A DNA stretch of 64,000 nt from Anolis carolinensis (GCF_035594765.1 NC_085842.1:232077747-232141746); one strand, 5' to 3'; counted from the stretch's first letter, positions 25,766 to 39,607 are shown. The notes: generated from the sequence alone by a model not told the origin. Numbers and translations: made by a program.

Positions 25766-28700
25766 TATACATGATAGGGTCTTGTAGGAGCTGCAGTCCA
25801 AAAAAAGTTCCAGGATGTAAACTAAAAACGACAAAAGCAAGAGGGCATATCATACCAGCTTGGAGAAATTGACCCAGCAGGTTGAAGGGGTTTGTGTGTT
25901 GAACCATAGGATAGTATCACCATGTGTTGGCTTCAAAAGTACATAACAACAATAGTCACATCAAATGAATGTGATTTTGTGTGTATGTAATAGCAAAATC
26001 CATTTAAATGAATGACTTCCACAAAAAAGTGATCATAGAGTTGTGTTGGAAGACTTAGTAAATCCCTAAAAAGGACTATTTTTTTCATATGCAGGCATGT
26101 GAAACACGGATATTGGCTCTGCAAGAAGGATGTTCATACTGATATGTGATTTCAGCAATGCAAGAACCATGGGTTCGGGGTCCCAGTGTATCTAGGCTTC
26201 AAAGAAGCAAATCAAACATGAATGGGTTGAAGGCAAGGATCAGAGGCTTTATTCACTTTGGTCAAAGGGGGATGTCAGAGAGAATACACTCCCAAATCAG
26301 ACATGAAGCTATGGATACATACTAGGGATGTTTCCATAGCCCTGTTGGTAATTGTTTTTCGTTTGTAATTCGTTAGATTCATACAGACGAAGTAATATTT
26401 ATAAACACAAGAGGCAGCCATGCAAAAACTTAAGATTCAAAACTGACCTATGATTTTTGAATGTGTTACGTCAGCCTTGTAAATAGCTCCAGCACTCCAT
26501 CAAGGGCACCTCTTCTCCCCCAGAAGAACTGAGTTTGATTCCCCCAAGGAGGATGGTGAGCCCTGAGGAGGATGGTGAGGCTGGGGTGGGGGAAGACGCC
26601 TGGAGGAGGGGAGGGAGGGAGTCTGCCTAGAAGTCTAGGCAAGGAAGAAGCCCAGAGAGAGAGGCAGAGACCACACATTGAGGCTTTAACGTGGGAAGCA
26701 AGCAGAATTCTGGGAAATATAGTTGAATTCTCTAGTGCTGTTGATCTGGAGGAGATGCAACACTCCGTTTGAAACTACTCCAACTTGGAGAGGGAAAACT
26801 CAAGCGCTTTAACATGGGAAGTGAGCAAAATTCTTGGAAATTTAGTTTAGGGTGGGGCCTTTTGAATTATCTGCCACCAGAGTCCTCACCTTCCCAAACT
26901 TCATTTCCCAGAATTCTGCTTACTGCCTTGTGCCACCTCCATATTCATTCTCTAAAGGGGTTTTGAAATAAAAGATGATGATTGTTAGGAGTTGAAACAA
27001 CACTGAAGTAGGGAAAGTTGAGAAGCAGTAACTCTAAAGTTTACCTAATAGGGTTCCTATTGTTATTTCAAAGCTGGATGGGCATCTGTTGGGGGTGCTT
27101 TGGCTGCTTTTCCTGCCTGGTAGAATAAAGGGGGTTGGACTCCTCACCCCTTGCGCAATTACTTAATTAAAAGTAATGAAGGATTTGTTACTTCATTATA
27201 GTTACAATATAGACCCCTAACAATATTTTAGAAACACTTTATAAACAATTCTCCGTGCTCCCCTAATTTAGTAATGAGTACTAAAACATTTTTTCATTGA
27301 TTGCACAGGCATATATAGAGACTTGACAGCTATTCAAAGAATTTAAGAATAGACTTTTGCTGCTCTGGACACTGATTGGTTCAAGTTAATGATCTATGTG
27401 ATGATTGTTGGAAGTGTGCAATCCATTGCTGCAACTGATTCGTTTCCTTGTCTGGTGGGAATTTAATAAACTATTATCACTTGGTTTGAAACTTGTGGCT
27501 ATTTTCTGCGTCCGCCTTCTTTGGGTATATGAGGGATGGAATGTGGTTCGGAGTTGGTAGTTTTCAATGGGCTTAGTCCTCTCAGCCTGGATTTCACAAT
27601 GGCTGAGGAGACAATGGATGCTGAAACACTTTGATGGGTTCCCAAACAGAAACAAAGTCAGGGAGTTGAGTGACTTAGTGGCCTTTCAGGTTGGCCGGGG
27701 ATTAATTCATAGTTGGGCTTATTGTTTATTGTTGTAGGTTTCACCTACCTGCTTATTAAAAAGGAATGGTCACTAGGTGATTGTGCCAACTGCCCAGAGG
27801 AATAATAAGAGCAGTCCTGTGTTCCCCTCAAGGTCCCATTCCACACAGCTGTATAAAATCCACATTGAACTGGATCATATGACAGTATAGACTCAGGTAA
27901 CCCAGTTCAAAGATATTGTAGATTATCTGCCTTGATATTCTGGGTTATATGGCTGTGTGGAAGGGTCCAAGGAGAGCTTTTGCAACTGTGCAACTGTGTC
28001 TCTGAGGGGGAAGTTGTTTCTGGATGTCAGCCACATTGTTTCTATGGAAAGGGCCATCCTTTGGTGTCAATCAGTGGGGACTTTTAGTGGTACTATTCCT
28101 GGCCACAGGCTTTGAGGTTCTGAATTTCAATAACAATACTTTGTGTGTTCATATATCTGTATAGATATAGATACCTCAATATTCATCCTTGACACTTTTG
28201 AAATCATAAGCAACAAACTTTGCTTAAGCCATGGCCCTTTATAGTGTACTTTGTAAATGGTTGTAAAATTCGCAGAGAAGGTAAACATAGGGACAAAATT
28301 AGATAAGATCTAACAAGATTAAAAAGATTAAAGAACCAAGTCAGAATCAAATGACTTTACAAACATTCCTAAGTCAGAGGAAATATATGGAGCTCTCTGA
28401 TCAATAAAAAATGAGTCATTAACAGAGGATAACAAAGGAAGCCAATTTTGCCATATCTGCTAATGTCCTGGCGATTAGCAGAATAAATATGCACCACTCA
28501 CCCTAGGAGCTATTTTAAAGACTACTTCTATTCTAAAGCTACCCCAGCCTACAGACTCAAAACACAATTGCACAACTTTCCATCATCCCTCAGCGGTGAC
28601 TATGTGGCCCGAGCTGAAATAAAGTATTTTCCAACAACAACTAAAAAGCCACATATTTTCCCCTTCTGTGGGATGGTGAGTCTACTCTAGGCTTTACTCT

Positions 28701-28922
28701 GAACATTGGAAGAAAATTTTCAACCCTTTCAATGGCTTATGTAAAGTTCAGTCCAAAACCCTAGGCATGGGATGTAGATTAATAATCAGTGGTCAGAAAG
28801 AGCATATAGTTAATGATTTGGGCAGGGAGTAGTGGTGATTCAGCTCTCAAAAAGGGCCAACTGCCATTGGAAATGAGCATTAGCTTCCACTAATCCTGTT
28901 ATACATGTGTTAATATGATCAA

Positions 28923-31376
28923 TCTATATATCTATATCTATTCACATAATAAAAGTTAAAATCTGTATGTGTGTATGTGGCACGGGCATCTATTTACGCA
29001 GACAGGCTCCTGCCTCTAGAAACAGCTACAACTCCCACTGCAAAGAAGCCACCAGTGCCTTCCCTCCAAGGAACATTGCAGGTTATAGCGGGCGCCATGA
29101 ACACATCCAAGAGTCTTGCCAATGTCCTCCACAAACACCATCCTGCCCAACACCCAAGTGAAGGCTTTCATATGGGGAAAATTTCATCCTAGACTTGATG
29201 TGTTTCCTCCACCAAAGACACTTCTCAGGGTTCCTTTCTCTCTCCATTGGTGTGTAATTTCATGACCCCACCCACTGCCTCTCCCTTAACACTTTCCTAA
29301 CCTTTCCTATGCCACACAACAAACAGAGTGGAATTGATCAGCACCTGAACAACTACACATACTGGAGGGGTTTGGGGGACTGATTCAACATGATGGAAGT
29401 TGTAGTTCACTCTGCATCAAGACACAGCACTGTGACTCTGACCAACAATGGACCCAGGCCACATTTGGCACACTAGAACCCCCATGAGTGACAGAACATA
29501 CTGGAAGGATTTGGGGGGAACTAGTTTTCATTTCTAGGAATTGTAGTTCACTTACATCTGGAGACTCTGTAACCACCACTGACAATAGACTGGGACCAAA
29601 CCTGGCAAACACAACCCCATGACCAATGAACCTACTGGAGGGAATTGAGGGGGACAGATTCACCACAGTAGGAGTTGTAGTTTACCCTGCAGCCAGAGAG
29701 CACACTGAGCCCCACCAATGATGCACCTAGAGAGCACACACTAGCCCAACATAACAAACTTTAAGTACTGAGGGAGTTTCTCTGGATTAATCTGGCATGA
29801 TGTGAGTTGTGGTTCACCCACAACCTTATACATTTTGAACAATTAAAAATTTGACTTTTTCAAATAACTCGCGCAATGCCGAGGACCCAAGCTACTACAT
29901 AATAAAAGTGAAAAATGTGTGTGTGTATGTGGAGGAGGTGTCCACTTATGCAGACTGCCTCCCACCTCCACAAACAGGCTATAGTTCCCACTGAGCAGGA
30001 GACACCAATGGCCTTCCCTCCACTGACATGCAGGTTATAGTGAGTGCCATGAACACGTAGCCCAAACCCTGCCAGCATCCTCCACAAACACTATTATTCC
30101 TCCCACCCAAGTGAAGGCTTTCATGCAGAGCCGGCCCTAGGTATTTTTCAAGTGTAGGCGAACAGAATTTTGGTGCCCCCCCCCCAACCAATCACTGAAA
30201 AATAAAAGCGTTGGATAAGCGAAAATGTTGGATAATAAGGAACGATAAAGGAAAAGCCTATAAAACATCAAATTACATTATGATTTTACAAATCAGTGAC
30301 AGCTAACTCCTCCCAAAAAAATATTCTCCCAGGCAAGAAGAAGCCAGGCCTTGAAGCCACAGGGCCATTAAATGCTAATCAAGGTGATTAATTACAACAT
30401 TCACACCTGCTTCAAAGAAAAGTTCTTTCTCCCACCCTGGGCCTTCTACAGATATATAAACCCCACATACCTAGCTTCCAAGTTCCTACAGACCTCACAA
30501 TCTCTGAAGGCCCCAAAGGTGGGCTCGCGTGGTGCGAAGGTGGGTCCGCGCCGGCCGGAAGGCCCAGCACGGGCACTGGGAGGCCCAGCGCGGCTGCCGG
30601 AAGGCCCGAAAGAGAAGGAGGTGGAGAGTGGTGCCCTCCTCCCAGGACGATGGCGCCCCCGGGACGATGGCGCCACAGGCAAGTGCCTATTTCACCTTAT
30701 GGTTGGACCGCCTCTGCTTTCATGCGGGGACAAGTTCCTCTTAGACATGATTTTCTTCCAGAATGGACATCCCAGGGTTCCTTAATTTGCATGACTCCAC
30801 CCACTGCCTCTCCCTTAACCCTCTCCTACCCTTTCCTATGAGGAATGTATCAGCAACTGAACAAGAGGTTTGGGGAGAATTCACCATGATTTATAGCTGT
30901 TATAGTTGACCTACATCCAGAGAGCACTGTGAACCCAATCAACACTGGATCTGGAATACACTTGTCACAGATGGTGGGACTTGCAGTACCTTCACTGATA
31001 CTGTGACACCCTCCCCCCCACTGACAATGGACTGGGTCCAAACTTGGCATAGAAAAGCCCAACTGAACATACTGCAGGGGTTTAGGGGAATAGGCCTTGA
31101 TTTTGGGAGCTGTAGTTCACATGCATCCAGAAGGCACTGAACCCAGCCAACATCAGATCTGCACCAAACTTGGCACACAAACCCAACATTGCCAACTGTG
31201 CATACAGGTCTGGTTTGGGGGTGATTGACCTCAGATCTGGGAGTTGTAGTTCACCCTTATCCAGAGAGCCCTGAACCCAGCCCATGACAGATCTGGACCA
31301 AACTTATGTGATATTACCTAATGTCCCAAACCAAGCAATGCTAATAACCCGGTCACCGCTGGGTCCCCAAGCTAGT
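28923..31376 (+). mobile_element. Two head-to-tail non-autonomous Helitron-like elements (~28923-29895 and ~29896-31376)
   Basis: TC-start 5' end with ATAATAAAAGT; GC-rich subterminal palindrome before CTAC/CTAG; internal GGGAGTTGTAGTTCAC repeats. Confidence 0.6.
30126..30716. mobile_element. hAT-type non-autonomous element carrying captured fragments
   Basis: 8-bp target duplication CTTTCATG (30118-30125 and 30717-30724); termini CAGAG...CTCTG. Confidence 0.75.
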
Positions 31377-32699
31377 ATCTAATAAAGAAATGTAATCAAT
31401 CGGAAAGCTCAGTGAAACAGATCACAGAGGGAAATTGTGACAAACAAACCAAGTTCAACAGAAGCTGGTTGTGAATAATCCAGTATCTGTTGGGATTTGG
31501 TTTTAAGACACACTGTAGATCCCCAAATATATGGATTCTCAAGTCCCATTATATAAAGTGGCAGAATCAAGTTTTGCTTTTTGGAATTAAAAAAATATTT
31601 TCAAGCTGTGGATGGTTAAAACTATGGATACAGAATCTTTGGATATAGAAGGCTGACAGTATACAGGCTGCTTCTGTATGTCTTCATTTTCTATTAACAT
31701 GTTCTTGTTGTTTCATCACATTCCTTCCTCTTATTTTAAGTCTTTTGAAAAATAACCGCAGCTGTCTGTCCTGCAGCTCTGAGAAGAGTCAGTTTCTGTT
31801 TTGATCTATCGCTTTCCTGTGGAAAAGATGTAATGAGAAAACTACTGAGAAAAGAGCAAAACAGAAAAAGAAATCAATGAAATGGAAATGGAGAAAGATA
31901 CGTTTTCTTTAATCATATGTCCATAGAAATAAAATCCAATAACCCTAACACTCTTTCAACACATGTGTTCAATTGCTTGCCTAAACAATTTTAATGTCTT
32001 GGATTTGCAAGCATCCTGCATCAACTAAAAAGTAAAACATATTTCCCTCAATCATGTAAAATAATTAGGGACTCTTGAAGCCTAAAGCTAAATATCTCAA
32101 GCTTTTTTAAATGTTAAGAACTGCACATACTGAAATATAGAATTAACTAAGCTTAAATCATGCAATCAAATTTTGAATGGCTGCAGTTTGATACTGAGCA
32201 AAGTAAGTACCTGTGAAAGATTAAGGAAAATATTAGCAGCAGGAATACTCTTTATGTAGTGTCTATTGTAAGCTGTTATTTGCCTCATCTCAGTTTTTAC
32301 CCCAAAATCTATTACTTCTATTCAAAGATTTTGAGACAACAGGGGTATGCCAATTCTGCAGGCAAATCCAGCCCTGAAAGTATTGTGTGTAGTCTCCCCT
32401 CTGCATACCAGTTTCAAAACTAAGGATAACTTTAGAGGGAAAAGTATACAAGCCCTTCTATAGAGAGAAAATTGACAGAATAATCTCTACAACATTAAGG
32501 TAATATCATGACAGATAGGGAAAGGTTTCCTTCTACTGACCAAAGAAAGAACTGCAACGTTAAGGAAAGAAGTGGAAAATGAAAATGGCCAAATACTTTC
32601 ATCACAAAATTTAGTGGTGGCCAGCCTGTGTTCTTGCAAGCATTATGGAACTGCAAATAATTCTCCATAGGGCTAACAGAACTGATTGATAGATTTATT

Positions 32700-34620
32700 T
32701 ATTTATTTATTGGATTCATTTTTATTTATTGCATTAAAAGTGAACCAAGTGTACAATGGTAATGTATTTAAAAACATAAACAAATTTAAAAATTAGGCAT
32801 TATACTAAATGTCCTTTGACCAATAGTTGGCCACTTGGAGTGCCTCTGGTGTTGCTCTAAGAAGGTCCTCCATTGGGCATGTGGCAGGGCTCAGGCTGCA
32901 TTGTAATAGGTGGACAGTGGTTTGCTGTTTTCCACACTCGCATGTCATGGGCTCCACTTTCTAGCCCCATTCTTTTTTTATATATATAATTTTTATTAAG
33001 AAATTTTTTAAAGTAAAACAATAAAACCATGGGTATGGATAAGATCATAATAGGAAGAGGGTAAGGGAGAGAAGAAAAGAAAAGAGAGGGGAAAAAGAAA
33101 GAGGGAAGAAAGGAAAAGAGGGGGAAATTGTCTTCCGTTCTTCTTCCTTCTGTTCAAGTCTCTTAATTCTTTTTAAATTACATAGTCTTTCTTTCCCTTT
33201 TGTTCATTTTCTTTAAATTTTCCCTTTCATCTTCTTATATTTGGTAGTTCATCTTGATGTAGTCTTCAAATGGTGACCAATCAGTCATTTTTACATCCCT
33301 ACCGGTATTCTTTTTAGTAGAAATGTTAGTCGGTCGATATCCGTTACCTCCATTACTTTATTTAGCCAAAGTTACTTATCTGGTGTATCTTCTAGTTTCC
33401 ACATTTTTGCAAAAACCATTCTTGCTGTTGTCGTAAAATAGATAAATAGTTTTTCTTTGTTAAAGTCTACAAAAGATTCTGTCTCGAACATTCGCAGTAA
33501 ATACATTTCCGGTTTCATTGTGTAGTTCATTTTAATATTTTTTGGCATTCTTTATGAATCATTTTCCAAAAGCCCATTGTCTTTTCACAGGACCACCACA
33601 TGTGGTAGTATGTACCTTCTTTTGTCTTACATTTCCAACATCTATTGTCTGCCTTTTTATACACCAATCCTTTGGGGTCATGCACCAACGATGGAGCATT
33701 TTTAGTCAATTCTTTAGTTCTATGGCGTAGATAAACCTCAATCTTCTTGACCAAATCTCTTCCCATGCTTTCACCAGTATTGGTCTTCCAATATTTCTTG
33801 CCTACTTTATCATTGAATTTTTTATTTCTTCTGTTTCAGTGGCCCCTCCGAGCAATTTGTTATAGATTTTTGTTATTAGTTTCTTTTTTGTTTGTAAAAT
33901 AATGCCCCAAAAATCCTCGTTATCACTAAAGCCCAATTTCCTGTCTGAATTATAATGTTCTTTAATTTGTAGACCCATTTCTTAAGATTGGCTCTGCATC
34001 TCGTGGTGCCAGACCACCGTTTGTTCAGCGCCTTCCAAGTTGTCCAGTCTTCTATGTGCCCAGGTGTGAGTCTCTCATTCGGTATCAGCCATGGCTTGAG
34101 GTTCCGGGTTTTAGCTTGCCACTTTTGTACTCTCACTTGCTGAGGTATTCCTTCTCATATCTCTTCTTCGTTTAAGGTGTTATCGTGCTGGTTAATATCC
34201 GAACAGGGGATGGGCCGGAGATGTCACTGCCTTGGTTCTTTCAGTATTGGCTGCTACTTCCCGGAGGATGTCAGGTGGTGCAATACCTGCTAAACAGTAT
34301 AATTTCTCCAGCGGTGTAGGGTGTAGACATCCTGCAATAATGTGGCATGTTTCATTAAGAGCCACATCCACTGTTTTCATGCAGTGAGATGTGTTCTATA
34401 CCAGGCATGCATACTCAGCATCAGAGTAGCAAAGCACAAAGACAAATGTCTTCACTGTGTCTGGTTGTGATCCCCAGGTTGTGCCAGTCAGCTTTCGTAT
34501 AATATTGTTTCTAGCACCCACTTTAAGCAGTGCTTCTTGTAGGTCAGAGCATGATCCAGGGTAATATTTTGGTGTGCTGCAATGCTCCAGTGGGATTCCC
34601 TCCCTGGTAATCTGAGGGTT
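32700..34620 (-). mobile_element. Vingi/Ingi-like LINE 3' portion, interrupted by an L1 fragment
   Basis: Peptides LNETCHIIAGCLHPTP..LYCLAGIAPP and WKALN..SGTTRCRANLKKW; (AAAT)n-type tail at ~32695-32730. Confidence 0.7.
32975..33965 (-). mobile_element. L1 LINE ORF2 C-terminal fragment and 3' end
   Basis: CCHC motif CWKCKTKEGTYYHMWWSC, pyrimidine-rich 3' UTR, A-rich tail. Confidence 0.8.
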
Positions 34621-34739
34621 GATGGATTAATTAATTGATTGAATTTGTATCCCACTTTCCTCTTGAGATGGAATCCAAGTTGGTTTAGAAGATTAAGCAA
34701 AAACATTGATTTACAAAAGAGAATTAAATAACCATACTA

Positions 34740-35062
34740 CAGTAGAGTCTCACTTATCCAACACTCGCTTATCCAATGTTCTGGATTATCCAACGCATTT
34801 TTGTAGTCAATGTTTTCAATATATCATGATATTTTGATGCTAAATTCATAAATACCGTAATTACTACATAGCATTACTGCGTATTGAACTACTTTTTCTG
34901 CCAAATTTGTTGTCTAACATGATGTTTTGGTGCTTCATTTGTAAAATCATAACCTAATTTGATGTTTAATAGGCTTTTCCTTAATGCCTCCTTATTATCC
35001 AACTTATTTGCTTATCCAACGTTCTGCTGGCCCGTTTATGTTGGATAAGTGAGACTCTACTG
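34740..35062. mobile_element. Tc1/mariner-type MITE (same family)
   Basis: Same TIRs, TA target duplication. Confidence 0.9.
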
Positions 35063-36490
35063 TATTTAAAAACATTAAAGGTCAAAACCCGAACTTTGAA
35101 TTCTGCCCAGAAATGGAGTGGTAGCTGCTGAAGCTCTTTCAACAAAAAAAGACATGGGATTCCTGTAACCAGCCCCATTTAACATCCTGAACACATCATT
35201 TTGGACATGTTGAAGTTTCTGATCATTTTTCCAAAAGCAGATCCACACAGAGTATTTTGCAGATGTCCAAAATGGGATGTAATCAAGGTATGTGTCTCCT
35301 TAGTTAGATCTGATATCACAAGGAACACTAGTGAGCAGCTGGCGTACTAGTTTTAACTGAGCAAACAACTCGTAGCTATAGTCAAATCTGGAGACCTAGG
35401 TTCAGATCCGAGTCCTGGAGTATCTCCATGCTATGAACCTATTTCAAGGGGAGTGCAGCCTCACCCAGCACAGGCTGAATCCCTATTTCCTGGTCTGCCT
35501 TCTGCCTGACCCAGGAGCACCTCTGTTTTCAGGATGGCCAGGGAAGGAAACTATTTCTAGAGGCATAATTTCAGGAACTGAATTCAGTCGAAGTATTCTT
35601 TTCCAATGATTATTTCATTCATTTGTTTCTGTTGTATTATTTCTCGTTGTATTTACACTTAGAATTAGCAACCCTCTATTAAATAATTTGCCTTATCAAC
35701 CATTTCAACCACAAGGTCTAAAATGATTGTCATATTTTACTGAGACTTGTGTAAGTTATAAATAGAAAATCTTTCTCTCTGTATCTTTCATTAGAGGGGT
35801 TGATCAATTTTGAGAAAATATTGCCTGAAACACAGCAGAAAATCTCTCCTTTTGAAGTATCTTCTCAATACTAAATCAGAGTAGTTGGGGAGTATGGACA
35901 CCTGTGAGGTGTGAAGATATTATCTTCCATATATGACATTCAGCAAATTGCCATGTTGTAGAATTGCTCCCCCTGTTCATTACGGACAAGCAATAATGTG
36001 ATGCAAATTCTATTGAATCTTCTATAAATGTCAGGGGCATGGTTCATTTCTTTTTGCTCCTCAGAAAGTCTAAGTTGTCTTGGTAGTTTTTCATATGACT
36101 TAGTTCAAAATTGGTTACAACACTAAGATGCCCTGAGTCCTTTTGGGGAGAGAGGGTGGGTTAAAAATAAAGTTTATTATTAATGTTATTATAATTGTTA
36201 TCATTGGACAAATATGGGCTGTAACCAGTCGTGGTCAGGCTAATCTTTTCTGAAACGCAAATCTGGAAGGTTGACTGTCATTGGAAACACTCATTTGACT
36301 CTGTGAAGTATCCCTTTGTCATCTTCAGTTTGAAGTAAAACTCAGAATTCCCACCAGTCTCCCCTCTCTCTCTGTATAGAACTTTGAGGAGAGTTTCCAA
36401 TTATTTAAATATCCAAAAATAAATGAAATCTACCCATTGATTTTGGAGTTGCAAGAGGTTTTTTTTAATGAAAATATATAATAAATACTT

Positions 36491-36961
36491 TTTATTAAAT
36501 GCTCATTGTAAATAAATAACAATAAATATAAGCAATAAATAAACATAAAATATCAAATTGAATAGCAACATGAATACACATTTCAGTGCCCAAGATAAGA
36601 ACAATGTATTTAAGGTAGAGCATTATTATCAGAAGTGGAGAGAAAATATAAAATGTATTTGTATAATTCACTTAATTTTGAAATAATCTGTCCTGATACA
36701 AAATAGATTGTCCTCAAAATTTAGCAAACATTTTGTTATGCCTTTCTTTAAGACTTTCCCTTTTTGGCCTTTTCTCTGTGCAGCATTAGATCAAGAGTTG
36801 GGAAAAGCATTTAGGAACAGATGAACATGGAAGAAGAGCTCCCCTTTTTTTCTGGAATGATCTCATTGAAGGAATTTGATGAAACCTGAATCCTTTGGAC
36901 GCTTGCTTGAACTTGACATTTCACTCATCTGTTTCTGTTGCATCAATGATCATAAGTTAAG
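36491..36961 (-). other. IFN-1 terminal exon / AU-rich 3' UTR with poly(A) signal
   Basis: Follows the acceptor. Clustered ATTTA motifs on the minus strand (~36495-36545) and AATAAA at 36496-36491. Confidence 0.65.
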
Positions 36962-37146
36962 CTGTAAAGACAAAGAAAAGTGACTAGATTACTGTATACA
37001 TTTTAAAACAGGTTATCTTTTAATGTTCAAAACAGTGAAAATTTTGTAGCACAAAGATTGAGATTTTAAAAATAACTGCCATGTTTGTTTCTGAACTATA
37101 AGGTATATAATGAATTATATATGTATGGGAATCTGTTCCTACATAC
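36962..37146 (-). other. Predicted C-terminal intron of IFN-1 (185 bp)
   Basis: GAAG|GTATGT ... CTTTTCTTTGTCTTTACAG|CTTAA on the minus strand. Confidence 0.8.
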
Positions 37147-37711
37147 CTTCATTTCGGATCATTGGGATGAGATTTTCAATCCAGAGAAAACATTGCTTGA
37201 CTTGGATTTGGATAATCTCCCAGGCACACCGGTTGTACTCTTTCTCTTTCAGAAAGTCATTCAGGCTTCGGAAGTATCTTTTCACTCTCAGCCTGGTGAG
37301 CTGGATCCTCTGACTCCTTGGAGATGCACTCAGGCAGCTCTTCAGGTTCTCACTCTGCTGATCCAGTCCAGCATGGAAAGCTCTCAAGAAATCCTCATCC
37401 CACAACATTTCAGTACAGTTCTGTCTGAAGATGTGACCTGTCTGCTGGAGGACTTCTTGGATGGCCACCTTGGCATTCTCCGCCTCAGAGACATCAAGGT
37501 TTGAGGGGAGTTTGTTCTTCAGGGAGAAGCTGAATACATCCTCAATGCATTGTTGGGGAATGGTGGAATTCATCTTGCTGTTGAGAAGTTCCAGGTTGGC
37601 CTTGTTGGCTTGCCTTAACCTGGTGAGGAATTGGCCACAATCTTGAGAGAAGACTTCAATGATCAGGACCATGGCCACGACACTATGCAAAAGCCAGCCT
37701 TTGGTGACCAT
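37139..37711 (-). CDS. Type I interferon (IFN-1), main coding exon; predicted spliced CDS 37711-37147 + 36961-36957 (189 aa, ends IRNEA)
   Basis: Signal peptide MVTKGWLL...VFS, mature N-terminus QDC, conserved Cys pattern, (K/R)YF and CAWE motifs. TATA-like TTTAAATA at 37816-37823. Confidence 0.95.
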   Translation of the reverse strand: MVTKGWLLHSVVAMVLIIEVFSQDCGQFLTRLRQANKANLELLNSKMNSTIPQQCIEDVFSFSLKNKLPSNLDVSEAENAKVAIQEVLQQTGHIFRQNCTEMLWDEDFLRAFHAGLDQQSENLKSCLSASPRSQRIQLTRLRVKRYFRSLNDFLKEKEYNRCAWEIIQIQVKQCFLWIENLIPMIRNEGM

Positions 37712-37809
37712 GGTGAAGGTGGAAGATGGTGGTATCTTCTAGAGAGCTGAATCTGGAAGATGTGATCTCCTGGAAGATGCTCCCGAGTCTGTTCTGTCTT
37801 CCAGCCATG

Positions 37810-37935
37810 GCATTGTATTTAAACACTAAGGGGCTGATGCTTGCTTTTGTCCCTTTCCATTTAGATTATTTTCAGATCAAGAGGGAAACCACATAGAATA
37901 GTTTCCCTTTCTCTTACATATCAGAACAAAAGTTT
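37810..37935 (-). promoter_or_regulatory. IFN-1 proximal promoter
   Basis: IRF-type GAGAAAGGGAAAC, GGAAA-N13-TTTCC dyad at 37883-37907, TTTAAATA. Conserved in IFN-1 to IFN-4. Confidence 0.75.
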
Positions 37936-37997
37936 CATATGTAGAGTAGTGATGGAGGATAAAAAGTTTTTTCTCTTCTTATAAAGAGCTGAGATAT

Positions 37998-37998
37998 T

Positions 37999-38039
<41 letters not shown>
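37998..38039. repeat. (GAT)n microsatellite upstream of the IFN-1 promoter
   Basis: Read directly from sequence. Confidence 0.95.
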
Positions 38040-39607
38040 AACAATGTCTCCTTACCTAATGGAATCAAATTTAATTTTCACTGCTAATACAAATCATAAT
38101 TCCTTGCCAGTACAGTTCTGGTCTTTTCAGTTCACCAAATGTAATTTTTGCAAAAACACTCTTGAAATTTTTTGAGCTTCTGGAAACTGGCCAAAACAGC
38201 CATCTTTAGCTGTCCTCCATATGGAACTAGTAGAAGAGACCGCAATGAAGGAGAAATGGCTGGTTTTCAGTGACATGAATTGCAACTACTCACTTGACTC
38301 TTGCTCATTGGCAGTTTAATGTATGGACTAGTTATATCAATTTTGATATGTGGCATGTAAATTGATACTTGTTTATGTGCACAAAGAGTAGTTTACACCT
38401 TCAGTAGCCTTGATTTGCACAAGTAGGGCTGGAGTTGGTGAACCCTAGAACAGCAGGAACCTTTTGCCTACATAGAACAACTCCAGTTTTTTGCTTTTCC
38501 TGTTTGAATCCTCTTTTCATTTCTAAACATAAGAGCCACGGTGGCACAATGGGTTAAACCCTTGTGCCAGCTGAACTGCTGATCTGTCGGTTGCTGGTTG
38601 AAATCTGCAAGATGGGGTGAGCTTCCATCTGTCAGCTCCTGCTTTCAGGAACATTAGAGAAGCCTCCCAGAAGGATGGTAACACATCCAGGCATCCCTTG
38701 GGCAACGTCTCTGTAGACGGCCAATTCTCTCACACCAGAAGCGACTTGCAGTATGTTCCCAAGTCGACTTGCGGTATGTTCCCAAGTTCCCATCAGTACC
38801 TTTCTTAGGTTGAGTAGAGTCAATCATCCAACTTTTCTTATGCAATGGATGAGCATTTTTCCATATGGTAAACTTTGGAAGTGATCTTTCAAGCAGTTGT
38901 TCCCCACCCCTAACCCATGAATTTTGATACTTACAAAAGATAGTACTGTATCACTCTTTTCTGACAAAAAACAATTAGGTGAAAGAGTTTTGCAGCCCCT
39001 TCAAAGTCACTGCATTTATTTTAGCAGACGCTTTCATGAATTCTAACCCATTCAGGTTATATCTGTGGATGGAATGAGAGTGAGATGAGATACAGGGACC
39101 ATCAAAGTACTGATTTGATATGAATGTCCTGGAAAATATTTTCAAATAGACAAGTCCACAAGTCCTTTACATTTCAAGAATTGGGGACCAAGTGCCAGAA
39201 ACAAAATTGCATGAGCTAATTTATTACTATATAGGAAGAATTAGGACAGCTTCTGTTCTTGTTGCCAGAGCATGCTCTGAGCTAAGAGATATCAACATGA
39301 TTTTGGGGCTCACTAGTACCTTCCTACCTTCAGTTGGCTGGCAATTCTACTGCATGGCATACATAATCACAATAGAATAAGTATTTTCTAATCATCTCAA
39401 CATGATTTTTCTCTTGCTTCCTCAACTCAGGAACGCATACCCCATCCCTCCTATCCTTATGCTTCTATCCATGCTTCCTCCATTGCACCTAACCATTTCA
39501 TTGATCAATGTCACTCACAGATCAGATCTAGCAAGGAGTAACCTAAAGAATAGAGAGAAAGGTGATGTCATGCCTTGGAAAGAGGGTCTCTATATCTCAT
39601 ATGAGTA

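Noticed and set aside
28923-31376. Spaced GGGAGTTGTAGTTCAC repeats as a CRISPR-like array
   Set aside because: Eukaryotic DNA, irregular spacing, degenerate copies internal to Helitron-like elements.
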